Source: Takakia lepidozioides
Lineage: Eukaryota > Plantae > Bryophyta
Length of the DNA: 63,675 bases
Direction: 5' to 3'
NCBI GenBank assembly: GCA_030704615.1
Contig: CM060731.1
Location: forward strand, 70,618,001-70,681,675
Shown: piece by piece, positions 63,521-63,675 of the stretch
How positions within the stretch are numbered: position 1 is the stretch's first letter
Layout of the letters: the number at the start of each line of letters is the position of its first letter
Translations under genes and position numbers: made by a program
The notes under the pieces: generated by a model
What the model was told of the DNA's origin: nothing
What the model saw: the letters and a program-made list of their open reading frames with translations, nothing else
Databases searched by the model: none

Positions 63521-63675
63521 GAAGGTCATACGAGGTATTAAGTTAAGTGGAAAAAGAAGGCATGGGGGATTTGGCATGAGGGAGATGACCTTGTTATTTT
63601 TTGGGTGCCAAAGGTTGCATATACTTCATCTTTTCAATATGAAGGGTTTCGATTTGTTCTATATGAAATAAATAT

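Overview
Eukaryotic nuclear DNA from a land plant. A non-seed plant such as a bryophyte or lycophyte is my guess from intron sizes and TE types, and it is not provable here. There are two intact multi-exon housekeeping genes on the minus strand: pyrophosphate:fructose-6-phosphate 1-phosphotransferase alpha subunit (19 exons, 40960-47916) and an organellar-type tRNA m7G46 methyltransferase TrmB (8 exons, 36586-39890). Host pseudogenes are a frameshifted CYP77/CYP89-like P450, a decayed tRNA 2'-phosphotransferase (Tpt1) and a duplicated 3' end of TrmB. The rest is nested transposon debris: a CACTA end, L1-like and other LINE 3' ends, a tRNA-derived SINE, MITEs, a full-length hAT with a perfect 8-bp TSD, and Copia and Gypsy remnants. 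The most notable object is a 13.9-kb element (12738-26682) with ~320-bp TIRs, C-initial termini and no visible TSD. It carries two convergent genes. One is a DDE/SWIM transposase resembling the plant 'SWIM zinc finger' host-gene family (At4g13970/At1g60560 type, from recall). The other is a long multi-exon gene ending in a Ulp1 SUMO-protease domain. Its introns, spacer and TIRs are saturated with a CAGTC/GACTG motif, an architecture reminiscent of VANDAL/VANC-type sequence-specific anti-silencing systems. All family calls come from motif recognition by eye, and boundaries of degenerate remnants are approximate.
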